DNA of 64,000 nt from contig DFOU01000011.1 in assembly GCA_002376865.1 (NCBI GenBank), positions 16,969 to 80,968 of the forward strand, written 5' to 3'. How positions within the stretch are numbered: the first letter of the stretch is position 1; the number at the start of each line of letters is the position of its first letter. The notes under the pieces are model-generated. The model searched no databases and was not told the origin of the DNA. It saw only the letters and a program-made list of their open reading frames with translations. The position numbers and the translations under genes were made by a program. Source of the DNA: Patescibacteria group bacterium UBA3533 (GTDB lineage Bacteria; Patescibacteriota; Minisyncoccia; Phycocordibacterales; Phycocordibacteraceae). Below are positions 44,399 through 52,669 of this stretch, piece by piece.

Positions 44399-46731
44399 AT
44401 ATCTATTGTCTCTCCCCAATTATCTCCTATTGCTCCGTCTACTTTAAGCGGTACATCATTTGTGTCTGTTAGCGGCACAGCATTCTCCATTATTTCTTTG
44501 ATCTTTGGAGCAATACTTGGATCCTTCATTTCATATACCAATTCATCATGCACCTGAAGCACAAGATGAGCATCGTGCCCTTCCTTCTTTAGGAACTCGT
44601 CTACCTTTACCATGGCAATTTTAATGATGTCAGATTGTGTTCCTTGGATTGGAGCATTAAGTGCCATTCGCTCAGCTTGAGCTCTCACAAATGGAAGTGA
44701 TGAGTTAATTCCTTCGAAGTGCCGGCGTCTTCCGAACATGGTTTCTGTATATCCAAACTTCCGAGCATTCCCTTTTGTGTGCTCAAGGTACTCTGAGAGT
44801 TTGTGGTACTTAGAGAAATACTCATTTAGGTACTCTTGTGCTTCAGCCTGCGTTGAATCAATTGCCTTCTTTAGGGCATTGACTCCCATTCCATAGAGAA
44901 TTCCAAAGTTAATGGCCTTTGCCCTTCGACGCATTTCTTTATCTACCTGCTCTGCTGGGACACCAAATACCTCTGCTGCTACCGCCTGGTGTACGTCCTG
45001 ACCTGTTTTAAATACCTCCATAAGTTTCTCATCGCCAGATAAGAAGGCTGCAATGCGTAATTCAATCTGAGAGTAATCAAATACTCCAAGTTTGTATCCT
45101 TTAGCTGGAATAAATGCATTTCGAATTACCTTTCCTCTATCACTCTTTATAGGAATGTTTTGAAGGTTTGGATTTATTGATGCCATTCGACCTGTTGTAG
45201 TTCCAGCTTGTACAAAGTCAGCATGCAGACGATTCTCTTTGTCGAGTGTTGTGTGCAATGTATCGATATATGTTGAGAGAAGTTTCTGAAGTTCTCGATA
45301 TTCAAGAATAAGAGGAATGATTTCATGATCCTCAATCATTTTTACAAGCTCGCTCTCTCGTGTTGATCGTTGTCCTGTTGCAGTCTTCTTTTGGTTCTTT
45401 GGTTTGAGCTCTAATTTCTCATACAGAATAACTCCAAGCTGTCTTGGAGAGTTAATGTTGAACTCTTCTCCTGCAAGTTTGTAGATCTTTGCTCTGAGTG
45501 CCTCAAGTTCTTTATGATATTCCTTTGAAAGTTTCTCTAGATGCTTCACATTAAGCATTACTCCCCTTTCTTCCATTTGGTGTACTACAGGCAGCAATGG
45601 CAACTCAATCTCATCATAGAGTTTTTGAAGTTTTGGTTCTTTTTTTAATTCTGCTTTTAGAATTTTTTCTGACTCTTTAAAATCTCGCACCTTTGTATAT
45701 GCACAAATATCTTCAAGACTTGGGTTGCTCGTATCAGAGTGCAAAAGCCAGAGCATAATTGCTACTCGCTCCACTTCCCTTATATCAATCTCCTCTTCTT
45801 TTTCTTCCTCCTTCTCTTCTTCTACAATTCCAGCAAGATTTTTTACCCGGTCGCGAAGTGTTCGAAAGCCAAGCTCACCAAAAAGCTCCATTAACTTCTC
45901 TACATGATTCTCTAGGTGCCAATCTTCAAACTTTTCAATTGTAATTGGAGCGTCAGTATGAATAATCGCAAGACTTTTTGAAAATTCTGCCTGCTCTTGA
46001 TGCTCTTTTAAGAGATTTATGATGCGAGGCTTAAATCCTTTCTCTAAAAATTGCTCTTCATCTTTTTTAAGCGCCTTATATACATCCTCGAGAGAGCCAA
46101 AAGCTTTGATGAGGCTTGTTGCAGTCTTGTCCCCCACTCCTGGGATACCCGGAATGTTGTCTGACGGATCTCCTCTGAAACCTTTGTAATCTGGAATGAG
46201 GTCTGAGTGGAATTCAAATCGATCCTGCACTGCTTCTTCATCGTACAAAACAGTGTCGGTTATTCCTTTTCGCATTGTAAATACTTTTACGCGACCCTCT
46301 TCTACAAGCTGTAGCGTATCCATATCGCCAGATACGATAATTACCTCAAGATCTTTCTTTCTTTTTGTCTTCTTTACGATTGTTCCAATCACATCATCAG
46401 CCTCGTACCCTTCTGCTGAATACAAAGGAATACCAAAAGCTTTGAAAATATCTGGCATTCGCCCTAATTGGTGCCCCAGTTCATCATCCATCTTCTTTCG
46501 TGTTCCTTTGTACTCTTCAAAAGCCAGATGCCTATGTGTTGGCTTTGGAAGGTCGTTTGTGGCAACGATATAGTCAGGATTGAGATCTTTAATTGTCTTT
46601 AGGAGAATAGTTGAAAGACCATAGAGCGCTCCTGTTGGCTCTCCTTTATCTGATACAAAGTCAGGTAATGCATGATACGCACGATGAATCAGTGCGTGTG
46701 AATCAAGTACGATTAGTCGTTTATCTGCCAT
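44395..46731 (-). CDS. polA: DNA polymerase I (5'-3' exonuclease plus polymerase; short, 778 aa)
   Basis: N-terminal FEN domain (LIVLDSHALIHRAYHAL); polymerase motifs DYSQIELRIAAFLSGD, KAINFGILYGMG, LQVHDELV. Confidence 0.9.
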   Translation of the reverse strand: MADKRLIVLDSHALIHRAYHALPDFVSDKGEPTGALYGLSTILLKTIKDLNPDYIVATNDLPKPTHRHLAFEEYKGTRKKMDDELGHQLGRMPDIFKAFGIPLYSAEGYEADDVIGTIVKKTKRKKDLEVIIVSGDMDTLQLVEEGRVKVFTMRKGITDTVLYDEEAVQDRFEFHSDLIPDYKGFRGDPSDNIPGIPGVGDKTATSLIKAFGSLEDVYKALKKDEEQFLEKGFKPRIINLLKEHQEQAEFSKSLAIIHTDAPITIEKFEDWHLENHVEKLMELFGELGFRTLRDRVKNLAGIVEEEKEEEKEEEIDIREVERVAIMLWLLHSDTSNPSLEDICAYTKVRDFKESEKILKAELKKEPKLQKLYDEIELPLLPVVHQMEERGVMLNVKHLEKLSKEYHKELEALRAKIYKLAGEEFNINSPRQLGVILYEKLELKPKNQKKTATGQRSTRESELVKMIEDHEIIPLILEYRELQKLLSTYIDTLHTTLDKENRLHADFVQAGTTTGRMASINPNLQNIPIKSDRGKVIRNAFIPAKGYKLGVFDYSQIELRIAAFLSGDEKLMEVFKTGQDVHQAVAAEVFGVPAEQVDKEMRRRAKAINFGILYGMGVNALKKAIDSTQAEAQEYLNEYFSKYHKLSEYLEHTKGNARKFGYTETMFGRRRHFEGINSSLPFVRAQAERMALNAPIQGTQSDIIKIAMVKVDEFLKKEGHDAHLVLQVHDELVYEMKDPSIAPKIKEIMENAVPLTDTNDVPLKVDGAIGDNWGETIDI

Positions 46732-47155
46732 AGGTAATATTTCTAGTCTCTCCCTTAAGCTCTATTTCTATTTCTTTCCGGAAATCAGGAAGCTCCTCCT
46801 CTACCCTCTCTGGCCACTCAAGTACGATGAGGTTTTTACTGTCTTGTAGTAACTCTTTAAAACTAATTGGTTCAAGACCCTCTTCTCCTTCTAGTCTATA
46901 TGCGTCTATATGAATAAGTTTTTCAAATTTTTGATCTACAAGATCGTACTCTTTCGCCAATACAAAAGTTGGAGATGTTATGTGCTCTTCAACACCTAAA
47001 ACTTTTGCCAATTCTTTTGTGAAGGCAGTTTTTCCAGCCCCCAAGTCACCCTTTAGAGTTAGCAAGGCTGCATGCTCGTTATCCTGCTCGAGTGTCTCGT
47101 ATATTTCTTTTGCTACATTTTGTAGCTCCTCTAGTGTAGAGATATTCCATTCCAT
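46721..47155 (-). CDS. tsaE: tRNA threonylcarbamoyladenosine biosynthesis protein TsaE
   Basis: LTLKGDLGAGKTAFTKEL P-loop and HITSPTFVLAKEY motif; start at MEWNISTLEEL; 11-nt overlap with polA. Confidence 0.8.
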   Translation of the reverse strand: MEWNISTLEELQNVAKEIYETLEQDNEHAALLTLKGDLGAGKTAFTKELAKVLGVEEHITSPTFVLAKEYDLVDQKFEKLIHIDAYRLEGEEGLEPISFKELLQDSKNLIVLEWPERVEEELPDFRKEIEIELKGETRNITYGR

Positions 47156-47175
47156 TAAGGCTATTGTACCAAATA

Positions 47176-47212
47176 TGAAAAACCGCGCCTTTCCCGAAGG
47201 AAAGACGCGGTT
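47176..47212 (-). terminator. intrinsic terminator after the GC-rich lipoprotein gene
   Basis: aaccgcgcctttcc cgaa ggaaagacgcggtt, then ttttcatat on the minus strand. Confidence 0.55.
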
Positions 47213-47231
47213 GCTTGCCGTCCACTTGAAG

Positions 47232-47684
47232 TTAGCGATAGCGGCCACTGCCGTAGTAGCTGGTGCGGCACGCAGGATGGCGATCCCAGCGAGTCACACA
47301 TTCGAAGCGATCCTCATGGAGCATCACGTCGAACTCTTCGGCCACACACGGGCCACGACGACGCTGGTTACAGCGAGGAATCGTGACAGAACGCCACTGT
47401 TCTTCGCCCTCCAGGCGCACCCAGACGATGTGGGCCGCATCACTCATGTGACGAAGCCGGTCCGAATGCATCGCTCCAGGTCGCCCCAAGATGGTGCAGT
47501 GGCCGCGGACATACCCTTCAGCTTGCGTGGTGCAAACCTCGAAAGGTAGTCCGGAGCGAAACTGGATGTTCCCAGTGTCGCCGAAGTTGAAGAAGTTACG
47601 GGCATCGCCCGAACCAACTTCGGCTGTGGTTGCGCACCCTCCGAGGAGGGTGAGCGCGGCAAGTAAAGGTACAAGATGACGCAT
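47232..47684 (-). CDS. putative lipoprotein (150 aa), about 60% GC, Cys-rich
   Basis: GGAGGG then ATG; signal peptide with lipobox LLGGC; composition sharply different from its neighbours. Confidence 0.55.
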   Translation of the reverse strand: MRHLVPLLAALTLLGGCATTAEVGSGDARNFFNFGDTGNIQFRSGLPFEVCTTQAEGYVRGHCTILGRPGAMHSDRLRHMSDAAHIVWVRLEGEEQWRSVTIPRCNQRRRGPCVAEEFDVMLHEDRFECVTRWDRHPACRTSYYGSGRYR

Positions 47685-47760
47685 GTCACCCTCCATTCAT
47701 TAGTGAATACTGTGTATATTATATAACTTTACTATGTTTTTGTCAATATAGATACTTCGT

Positions 47761-47792
47761 CTACGTAATTAACTACGTAGTTAATTACGTAG
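47761..47792. promoter_or_regulatory. perfect 32-bp palindrome (three TACGTA units) in the divergent pilB / lipoprotein intergenic region
   Basis: c TACGTA ATTAAC TACGTA GTTAAT TACGTA g equals its own reverse complement; about 20 bp upstream of the pilB start. Confidence 0.6.
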
Positions 47793-47813
47793 CTAGCACA
47801 TCCCTGGTATTAT

Positions 47814-49472
47814 GTGCCTATGCCAGAGTTTAAGGATGGAGATAAAACCCTAGACGCCGCACGGCGCGCTGAAGCTGAAGATGTTTCAGAGATTTTAGCG
47901 AATCGATACAACCTTGGGTACATAAACCTAAGCACCTACCCCATAAACCCTGAGGCACTTCGTTTGAGTACTGAGGATGAAGCAAGAGCAATGCGTATTG
48001 TTCCCTTTCAAAAAGAAGGAAAGGTTGTGAGCATTGCTTTTGATAGGCCGACAAATCAAAATATTGATACATTTGCTCAGGAACTTTCTTCAAAAGGATT
48101 TTCTGTGGAGAAATTCCTTGTATCTTCATACAGTATTGAAAAAGCTCTTACTCGATATGCTGATCTTGATGCAGCATCTACAAGCACTCCTGGAGCATTT
48201 ACTATTTCAGAAAATAGATTGGCAGAAGAGCTCTCTCAATTAACTTCCCCAGCTGACATTACGAAAAAAGTAGACTCTTTGAGCAAGTTAGATAAGGCAC
48301 GACGTGCCACACGACTACTTGAGGTTCTTTTTGCAGGAGCTGCCTCAGTTGGCGCATCTGATATTCACCTTGAGCCTGGAGAGGAGGCAGCTCGCATTCG
48401 AATGCGAGTTACCGGAATGCTCCAAGACATTGCTCGTATTGATCTTCCAGCATACAGCCTGCTCCTTTCACGTATTAAATTGCTCTCTGCAATGAAGTTA
48501 AATGTGCACACACGTCCACAAGACGGACGATTTAGTATTGCTATCGGAGAGAATGACGTAGAAGTGCGAGCATCTGCCATTCCTGGAGCTTTTGGAGAAT
48601 CTATGGTGCTGCGTGTTCTTAACTCAGAGCAAAGTAAGGTATCAATAGACTCGCTTGGTATCCCAGAAAATATTCTCTCTCGTATTGAAAAGGAAATTAG
48701 AAAGCCAAATGGAATGCTTCTCACAACAGGACCTACAGGATCTGGAAAAACAACAGCACTGTATGCATTCCTTCAAAAGATTTACTCTCCCGACATTAAG
48801 ATTATTACCATCGAAGATCCTGTTGAGTATAAATTGCCAGGAATTGTACAGACACAAGTTGAAAAAGATAAGTACACCTTTGCCTCAGGACTTAAGTCAT
48901 CTCTTCGACAAGACCCTGATGTAATTATGGTTGGAGAGATTCGAGATGCAGACGTTGCGGAGACCGCAATTAGAGCATCTCTAACAGGACACTTTGTACT
49001 TTCAACGCTCCACACCAATTCTGCGGCAGGAACCTTCCCTCGCCTTGTAAATCTTGGTGTTGATCCAAAGAGTTTTGGTTCTGCAATTAATGTAGCGATG
49101 GGACAGCGTCTTGTGAGGGTATTAGATCCTGCCAAAACAAAGGATGCACCTCTTGAAGGAGCAGAGAAAGAGTTTGTAGAGAAGCACCTCTCTACCCTTC
49201 CTGAGAACGTAGAAAAGCCAGAGGTTCCTGAAATGCAGAAAGTGCCTGCGACAGATACTCCAGCTGATGCTTTTGTAAGTCGAGTTGGAATTTACGAGGC
49301 AATCTTTATGGACGATGAGCTTGCTGAGTTCCTAAAAAGTAGCCCTAGCGAGAGTGCTATACAAAAAGAAGCGCACCGACAAGGTACGCTTACAATGGCC
49401 CAAGATGGAGTGCTTAAGGCACTTAAGGGCACAACTACAATCGCAGAAGTGATGCGAGTTGTAGGTGAATAG
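47814..49472 (+). CDS. pilB: type IV pilus assembly ATPase PilB (GspE family)
   Basis: Walker A LLTTGPTGSGKTT, Walker B/Asp box VGEIRD, His box LSTLHTNSAAG. The ORF starts with GTG at 47814; first ATG is at 47820. Confidence 0.9.
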   Translation: MPMPEFKDGDKTLDAARRAEAEDVSEILANRYNLGYINLSTYPINPEALRLSTEDEARAMRIVPFQKEGKVVSIAFDRPTNQNIDTFAQELSSKGFSVEKFLVSSYSIEKALTRYADLDAASTSTPGAFTISENRLAEELSQLTSPADITKKVDSLSKLDKARRATRLLEVLFAGAASVGASDIHLEPGEEAARIRMRVTGMLQDIARIDLPAYSLLLSRIKLLSAMKLNVHTRPQDGRFSIAIGENDVEVRASAIPGAFGESMVLRVLNSEQSKVSIDSLGIPENILSRIEKEIRKPNGMLLTTGPTGSGKTTALYAFLQKIYSPDIKIITIEDPVEYKLPGIVQTQVEKDKYTFASGLKSSLRQDPDVIMVGEIRDADVAETAIRASLTGHFVLSTLHTNSAAGTFPRLVNLGVDPKSFGSAINVAMGQRLVRVLDPAKTKDAPLEGAEKEFVEKHLSTLPENVEKPEVPEMQKVPATDTPADAFVSRVGIYEAIFMDDELAEFLKSSPSESAIQKEAHRQGTLTMAQDGVLKALKGTTTIAEVMRVVGE

Positions 49473-49672
49473 AAAAAACGCATAGTCCCTAAGGCAATTA
49501 AGATCCCTGAACCTGGGGAGTCAATCAGCAACAAAACCGAAGTAATGCACCAATTGGTCCCTGGGACGGGCCCAAGCCGTCAAGCTTTGCCTTAGAGACT
49601 ATACGTTCTTGTCTAAAGAAAAAGGCGAGTAAAGTACTCGCACTGGAAAGGATTCTATCATATAATACAGAC

Positions 49673-50653
49673 ATGTCAAGTACCCCGGAAGAAAAGAAAG
49701 ATATACGAGTAGACCTCGACGCAACACTTCGCCCTGATAATTGGAAGGAGTATGTAGGTCAGGAGCATGCAAAAGAGAACCTCAAGATCTCTATTGAGGC
49801 TGCTAAAAACCGTGGAGAGCTTCCGGAGCACCTACTTTTCTATGGACCTCCTGGTGTTGGAAAGACAACACTAGCGCACGTTATCGCAAATGAGCTAGAC
49901 GCTCCTGTGCGAGTAACATCAGGTGTTGCAGTTGAGCGTGCAGCAGATTTAGCTGCCATCCTTACAAACTTAGAGCCAGGAGACGTGCTCTTTATTGATG
50001 AGATTCATCAACTTTCAAAGAAAGTGGAGGAGCTTCTCTACCCTGCCCTTGAAGCAGGGAGGCTCGATATTATTTTAGGGAAAGGACCATCAGCTCGTAC
50101 TGTGCAACTAGACCTTCCTCCATTTGCACTCGTTGGTGCAACGACACGAATTGCCCAGGTATCGTCCCCTCTTCGCTCTCGCTTTGGAGGAGGAGTTCAT
50201 CAACTTGATTTATATACTGACGAAGAGATTCAAACGATCATCTCTCGATCTGCAAAGCTTCTAAAGTTTGATGTGCCTGAAGATGTTCTAAAACTTATTG
50301 CACACCGTTCACGATCTACTCCAAGAACTGCAAACTTCCTCTTAAAGAGGTTTAGAGATTATGTCTCTGTACAAGACAAGAAGCCTGATCCAAAGTTGTT
50401 TGCAGATGCATGTACATTGTTTGGAATAGACGAGATGGGACTTACTAAAGACGATAGACGATATCTTAAAGTTCTAATCGAGACATTCCGAGGGGGACCT
50501 GTTGGAAGCAAGACACTCGCTACAGCTCTTGGAGAAGAAGTTACAACACTTGAAGACCTTTACGAGCCATACCTTATCCGTCTTGGGTTTGTTGAAAGAA
50601 CAACAAGAGGACGTACTGCAACAAAGAAAGCATATGAGCATTTGGATTTATAG
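49673..50653 (+). CDS. ruvB: Holliday junction DNA helicase RuvB
   Basis: LLFYGPPGVGKTTLAHVIANEL, DVLFIDEIHQLS, GATTRIAQVSSPLRSRFG. Confidence 0.95.
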   Translation: MSSTPEEKKDIRVDLDATLRPDNWKEYVGQEHAKENLKISIEAAKNRGELPEHLLFYGPPGVGKTTLAHVIANELDAPVRVTSGVAVERAADLAAILTNLEPGDVLFIDEIHQLSKKVEELLYPALEAGRLDIILGKGPSARTVQLDLPPFALVGATTRIAQVSSPLRSRFGGGVHQLDLYTDEEIQTIISRSAKLLKFDVPEDVLKLIAHRSRSTPRTANFLLKRFRDYVSVQDKKPDPKLFADACTLFGIDEMGLTKDDRRYLKVLIETFRGGPVGSKTLATALGEEVTTLEDLYEPYLIRLGFVERTTRGRTATKKAYEHLDL

Positions 50654-50654
50654 T

Positions 50655-50810
50655 ATGGATAAAAAAGAAAAAAATCTGGGAATTGCCATAGGAGTAGGAT
50701 TGAGCCTTGGAGTTGTGTTTGGTGCAGTTCTTGAAAATGTTGGACTTGGAATATCCTTAGGGCTGGCACTTGGTGCTGGAGTTGGTGTTGCTTTTAATGA
50801 AAAGGAGTGA
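50655..50810 (+). CDS. small glycine-zipper membrane peptide (51 aa)
   Basis: MDKKEKNLGIAIGVGLSLGVVFGAVLENVGLGISLGLALGAGVGVAF; start overlaps the ruvB stop. Confidence 0.3.
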   Translation: MDKKEKNLGIAIGVGLSLGVVFGAVLENVGLGISLGLALGAGVGVAFNEKE

Positions 50811-50849
50811 CTTTTCTTTTAAGTTTTAAGTACGTATAGTAGAAGCAAT

Positions 50850-51380
50850 ATGGCAGGACATAATAAGTGGTCAAAAATTAAGCACAAGAAAGCAATTACC
50901 GATGGAAAGAAAAGTAAGGTCTTTTCAAGGCATGCAAAGTTAATTGCAGTTGCAAGTAAGGCAGCAGGTGGAGATGTAAGTGATCCAGGTCTTCGTGCTG
51001 CAATTGATAATGCAAAGGCAGATTCAATGCCAAAAGATAATATTGAGCGTGCTGTCGCAAAAGGAACAGATAAAAATGCTGCAGATCTAGAGCCAATTAC
51101 CTATGAGTTCTATGGGCCCGGAGGACTCGCCTTTATTGTCGAAACACTAACTGACAATAGAAATAGAACAGCTCAAGAAATTAAGCACATTCTTTCAAGG
51201 AGAGGCTTTACTCTCGGTGAGCCAGGATCTGCCGCATGGGCATTTACAAAATCTGGAATGGAATGGACTCCAAATTCAACAATGGATCTTCCGGATTCTG
51301 AACTTGAATCATTTGAGGCACTTATAGAAGATCTGGAGGAGCAAGACGATGTACAAGATGTCTTCAGCAACAAATCATAA
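50850..51380 (+). CDS. YebC/PmpR-family DNA-binding regulator (short form, 176 aa)
   Basis: MAGHNKWSKIKHKKAITDGKKSKVFSR N-terminus. Confidence 0.8.
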   Translation: MAGHNKWSKIKHKKAITDGKKSKVFSRHAKLIAVASKAAGGDVSDPGLRAAIDNAKADSMPKDNIERAVAKGTDKNAADLEPITYEFYGPGGLAFIVETLTDNRNRTAQEIKHILSRRGFTLGEPGSAAWAFTKSGMEWTPNSTMDLPDSELESFEALIEDLEEQDDVQDVFSNKS

Positions 51381-51852
51381 AACAATACTAGCGTGTGACC
51401 CCGGATATGACCGGCTTGGTATTGCTGTGCTTGAAGGAACAGTGCACGAGTCTTCCCTCCTCTTCTCTACCTGTCTTCAAACAGATAAAAAAGATGATCT
51501 CTCAAAAAGACTTGGGGAGCTACACCAAGAGCTTCTTTCAATAATTAAAAAATATAAACCTGATGCGATTGCAGTTGAAAAACTTTTCTTCTCAACAAAT
51601 AATAAAAAGAGTGCGCTTGCTGTAGCAGAGTCTCGAGGCATGATTTTAGCACTCGCTGGAGTTCACGAAATCCCTGTAATTGAACACTCTCCCCAAGAAG
51701 TAAAGATTGCAGTAACTGGATATGGAAGTGCCAGTAAAAAAGATGTAATGGACATGACAAAGCGTCTTATCAAAGGAATTGACCCTAAAGCACTTGATGA
51801 TGAATATGATGCGGTAGCGCTTAGTATCTGTGCGCTTGCATCTCATAGGTAG
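51349..51852 (+). CDS. ruvC: crossover junction endodeoxyribonuclease RuvC
   Basis: ILACDPGYDRLGIAVLEG; conserved yebC-ruvC linkage. Confidence 0.8.
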   Translation: MYKMSSATNHKTILACDPGYDRLGIAVLEGTVHESSLLFSTCLQTDKKDDLSKRLGELHQELLSIIKKYKPDAIAVEKLFFSTNNKKSALAVAESRGMILALAGVHEIPVIEHSPQEVKIAVTGYGSASKKDVMDMTKRLIKGIDPKALDDEYDAVALSICALASHR

Positions 51853-51891
51853 GTGCGATACCTTCGATATTGGATTAAAAGGGAGAGAACA

Positions 51892-52320
51892 ATGAGTTTT
51901 CAATATGTTGCTGCCGCAAGTGCTTTTCTTTCGGCAATTGCAAAAATTGAGCGGGAAGAAGACTTTCTTCCGCTTTGTTTTTTTGTTGAAAAAACTTCTG
52001 AAGCTTCTCACATGTCTGAGGAGGATATCTCTGAAGTACTGGAAGCACTTGATCTTGAGATTGAGTCTTTCCGTGCTGAGATAGACCCGGATGAGAAGAT
52101 GCTGGGAAAAGCTTTGAACCTTCGTGAAAAAATCGCAAACAAAGACGGCGGTATCTATCCCGCCTGCGAAATTCTGGAGGAAGCAGTAAAGAAATTTGCT
52201 GCCCCGGGACAAAGGCGTGTTTTGCTTGAGCTGTGCAAGATTCATGGTCCTCAACAAAACATTCCTCATCGAGAAAGACTCACTGAGGGACTCTCTGTCT
52301 CTCTTCGGGAAGCAGCGTAG
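51892..52320 (+). CDS. hypothetical protein (142 aa)
   Basis: AAAAGGGAGAGAACA then ATG; strong hairpin terminator at 52328-52356. Confidence 0.4.
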   Translation: MSFQYVAAASAFLSAIAKIEREEDFLPLCFFVEKTSEASHMSEEDISEVLEALDLEIESFRAEIDPDEKMLGKALNLREKIANKDGGIYPACEILEEAVKKFAAPGQRRVLLELCKIHGPQQNIPHRERLTEGLSVSLREAA

Positions 52321-52443
52321 TTTTTTAATGGCCTGCCAAGATTCTTGGCAGGCCATATTTATATCCACAAACACGCAAAAAACATCTTGCGTGTATAAAT
52401 TTTTTTGATAAAAATACAGAGCGCAAACGCGCCATTAGATCTA

Positions 52444-52599
52444 ATGAACATTTTTATGAGCGATCATGAAGATATGAGTCCAGCAATGGATGACGAAATG
52501 ATGGACGATGCTATGGAAATGGATGCAGATGATGCTGAAATGGAAATGGACGGTGAGGATCACGAAGAGGATGGTGATTCTGACGAAGACGAGGAGTAA
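52444..52599 (+). CDS. small extremely acidic Met/Asp/Glu-rich protein (51 aa)
   Basis: MNIFMSDHEDMSPAMDDEMMDDAMEMDADDAEMEMDGEDHEEDGDSDEDEE; extended -10 TGTATAAAT upstream; strong terminator at 52606-52646. Confidence 0.35.
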   Translation: MNIFMSDHEDMSPAMDDEMMDDAMEMDADDAEMEMDGEDHEEDGDSDEDEE

Positions 52600-52605
52600 A
52601 TATAT

Positions 52606-52646
52606 AAAACACAACGGCCCTACACTTGGGGCCGTTGTGTTTTACG
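52606..52646 (+). terminator. intrinsic terminator (aaacacaacggccc / gggccgttgtgttt)
   Basis: 14-bp stem followed by tacgttgg. Confidence 0.65.
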
Positions 52647-52669
52647 TTGGTACTCGCTAGTATTGATGC

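Noticed and set aside
49473-49672. 200-bp pilB-ruvB intergenic region with a GC-rich core and a small hairpin (gcgagta aag tactcgc) as a possible sRNA
   Set aside because: No promoter-terminator pair or recognisable ncRNA family signature (RNase P, tmRNA, SRP, 6S) could be discerned by eye. Left unannotated.
51646-52374. 242-aa minus-strand ORF overlapping ruvC and the downstream hypothetical gene
   Set aside because: It overlaps a confidently identified ruvC on the opposite strand. Its translation is Cys/Phe/Arg-rich junk with no start signals.
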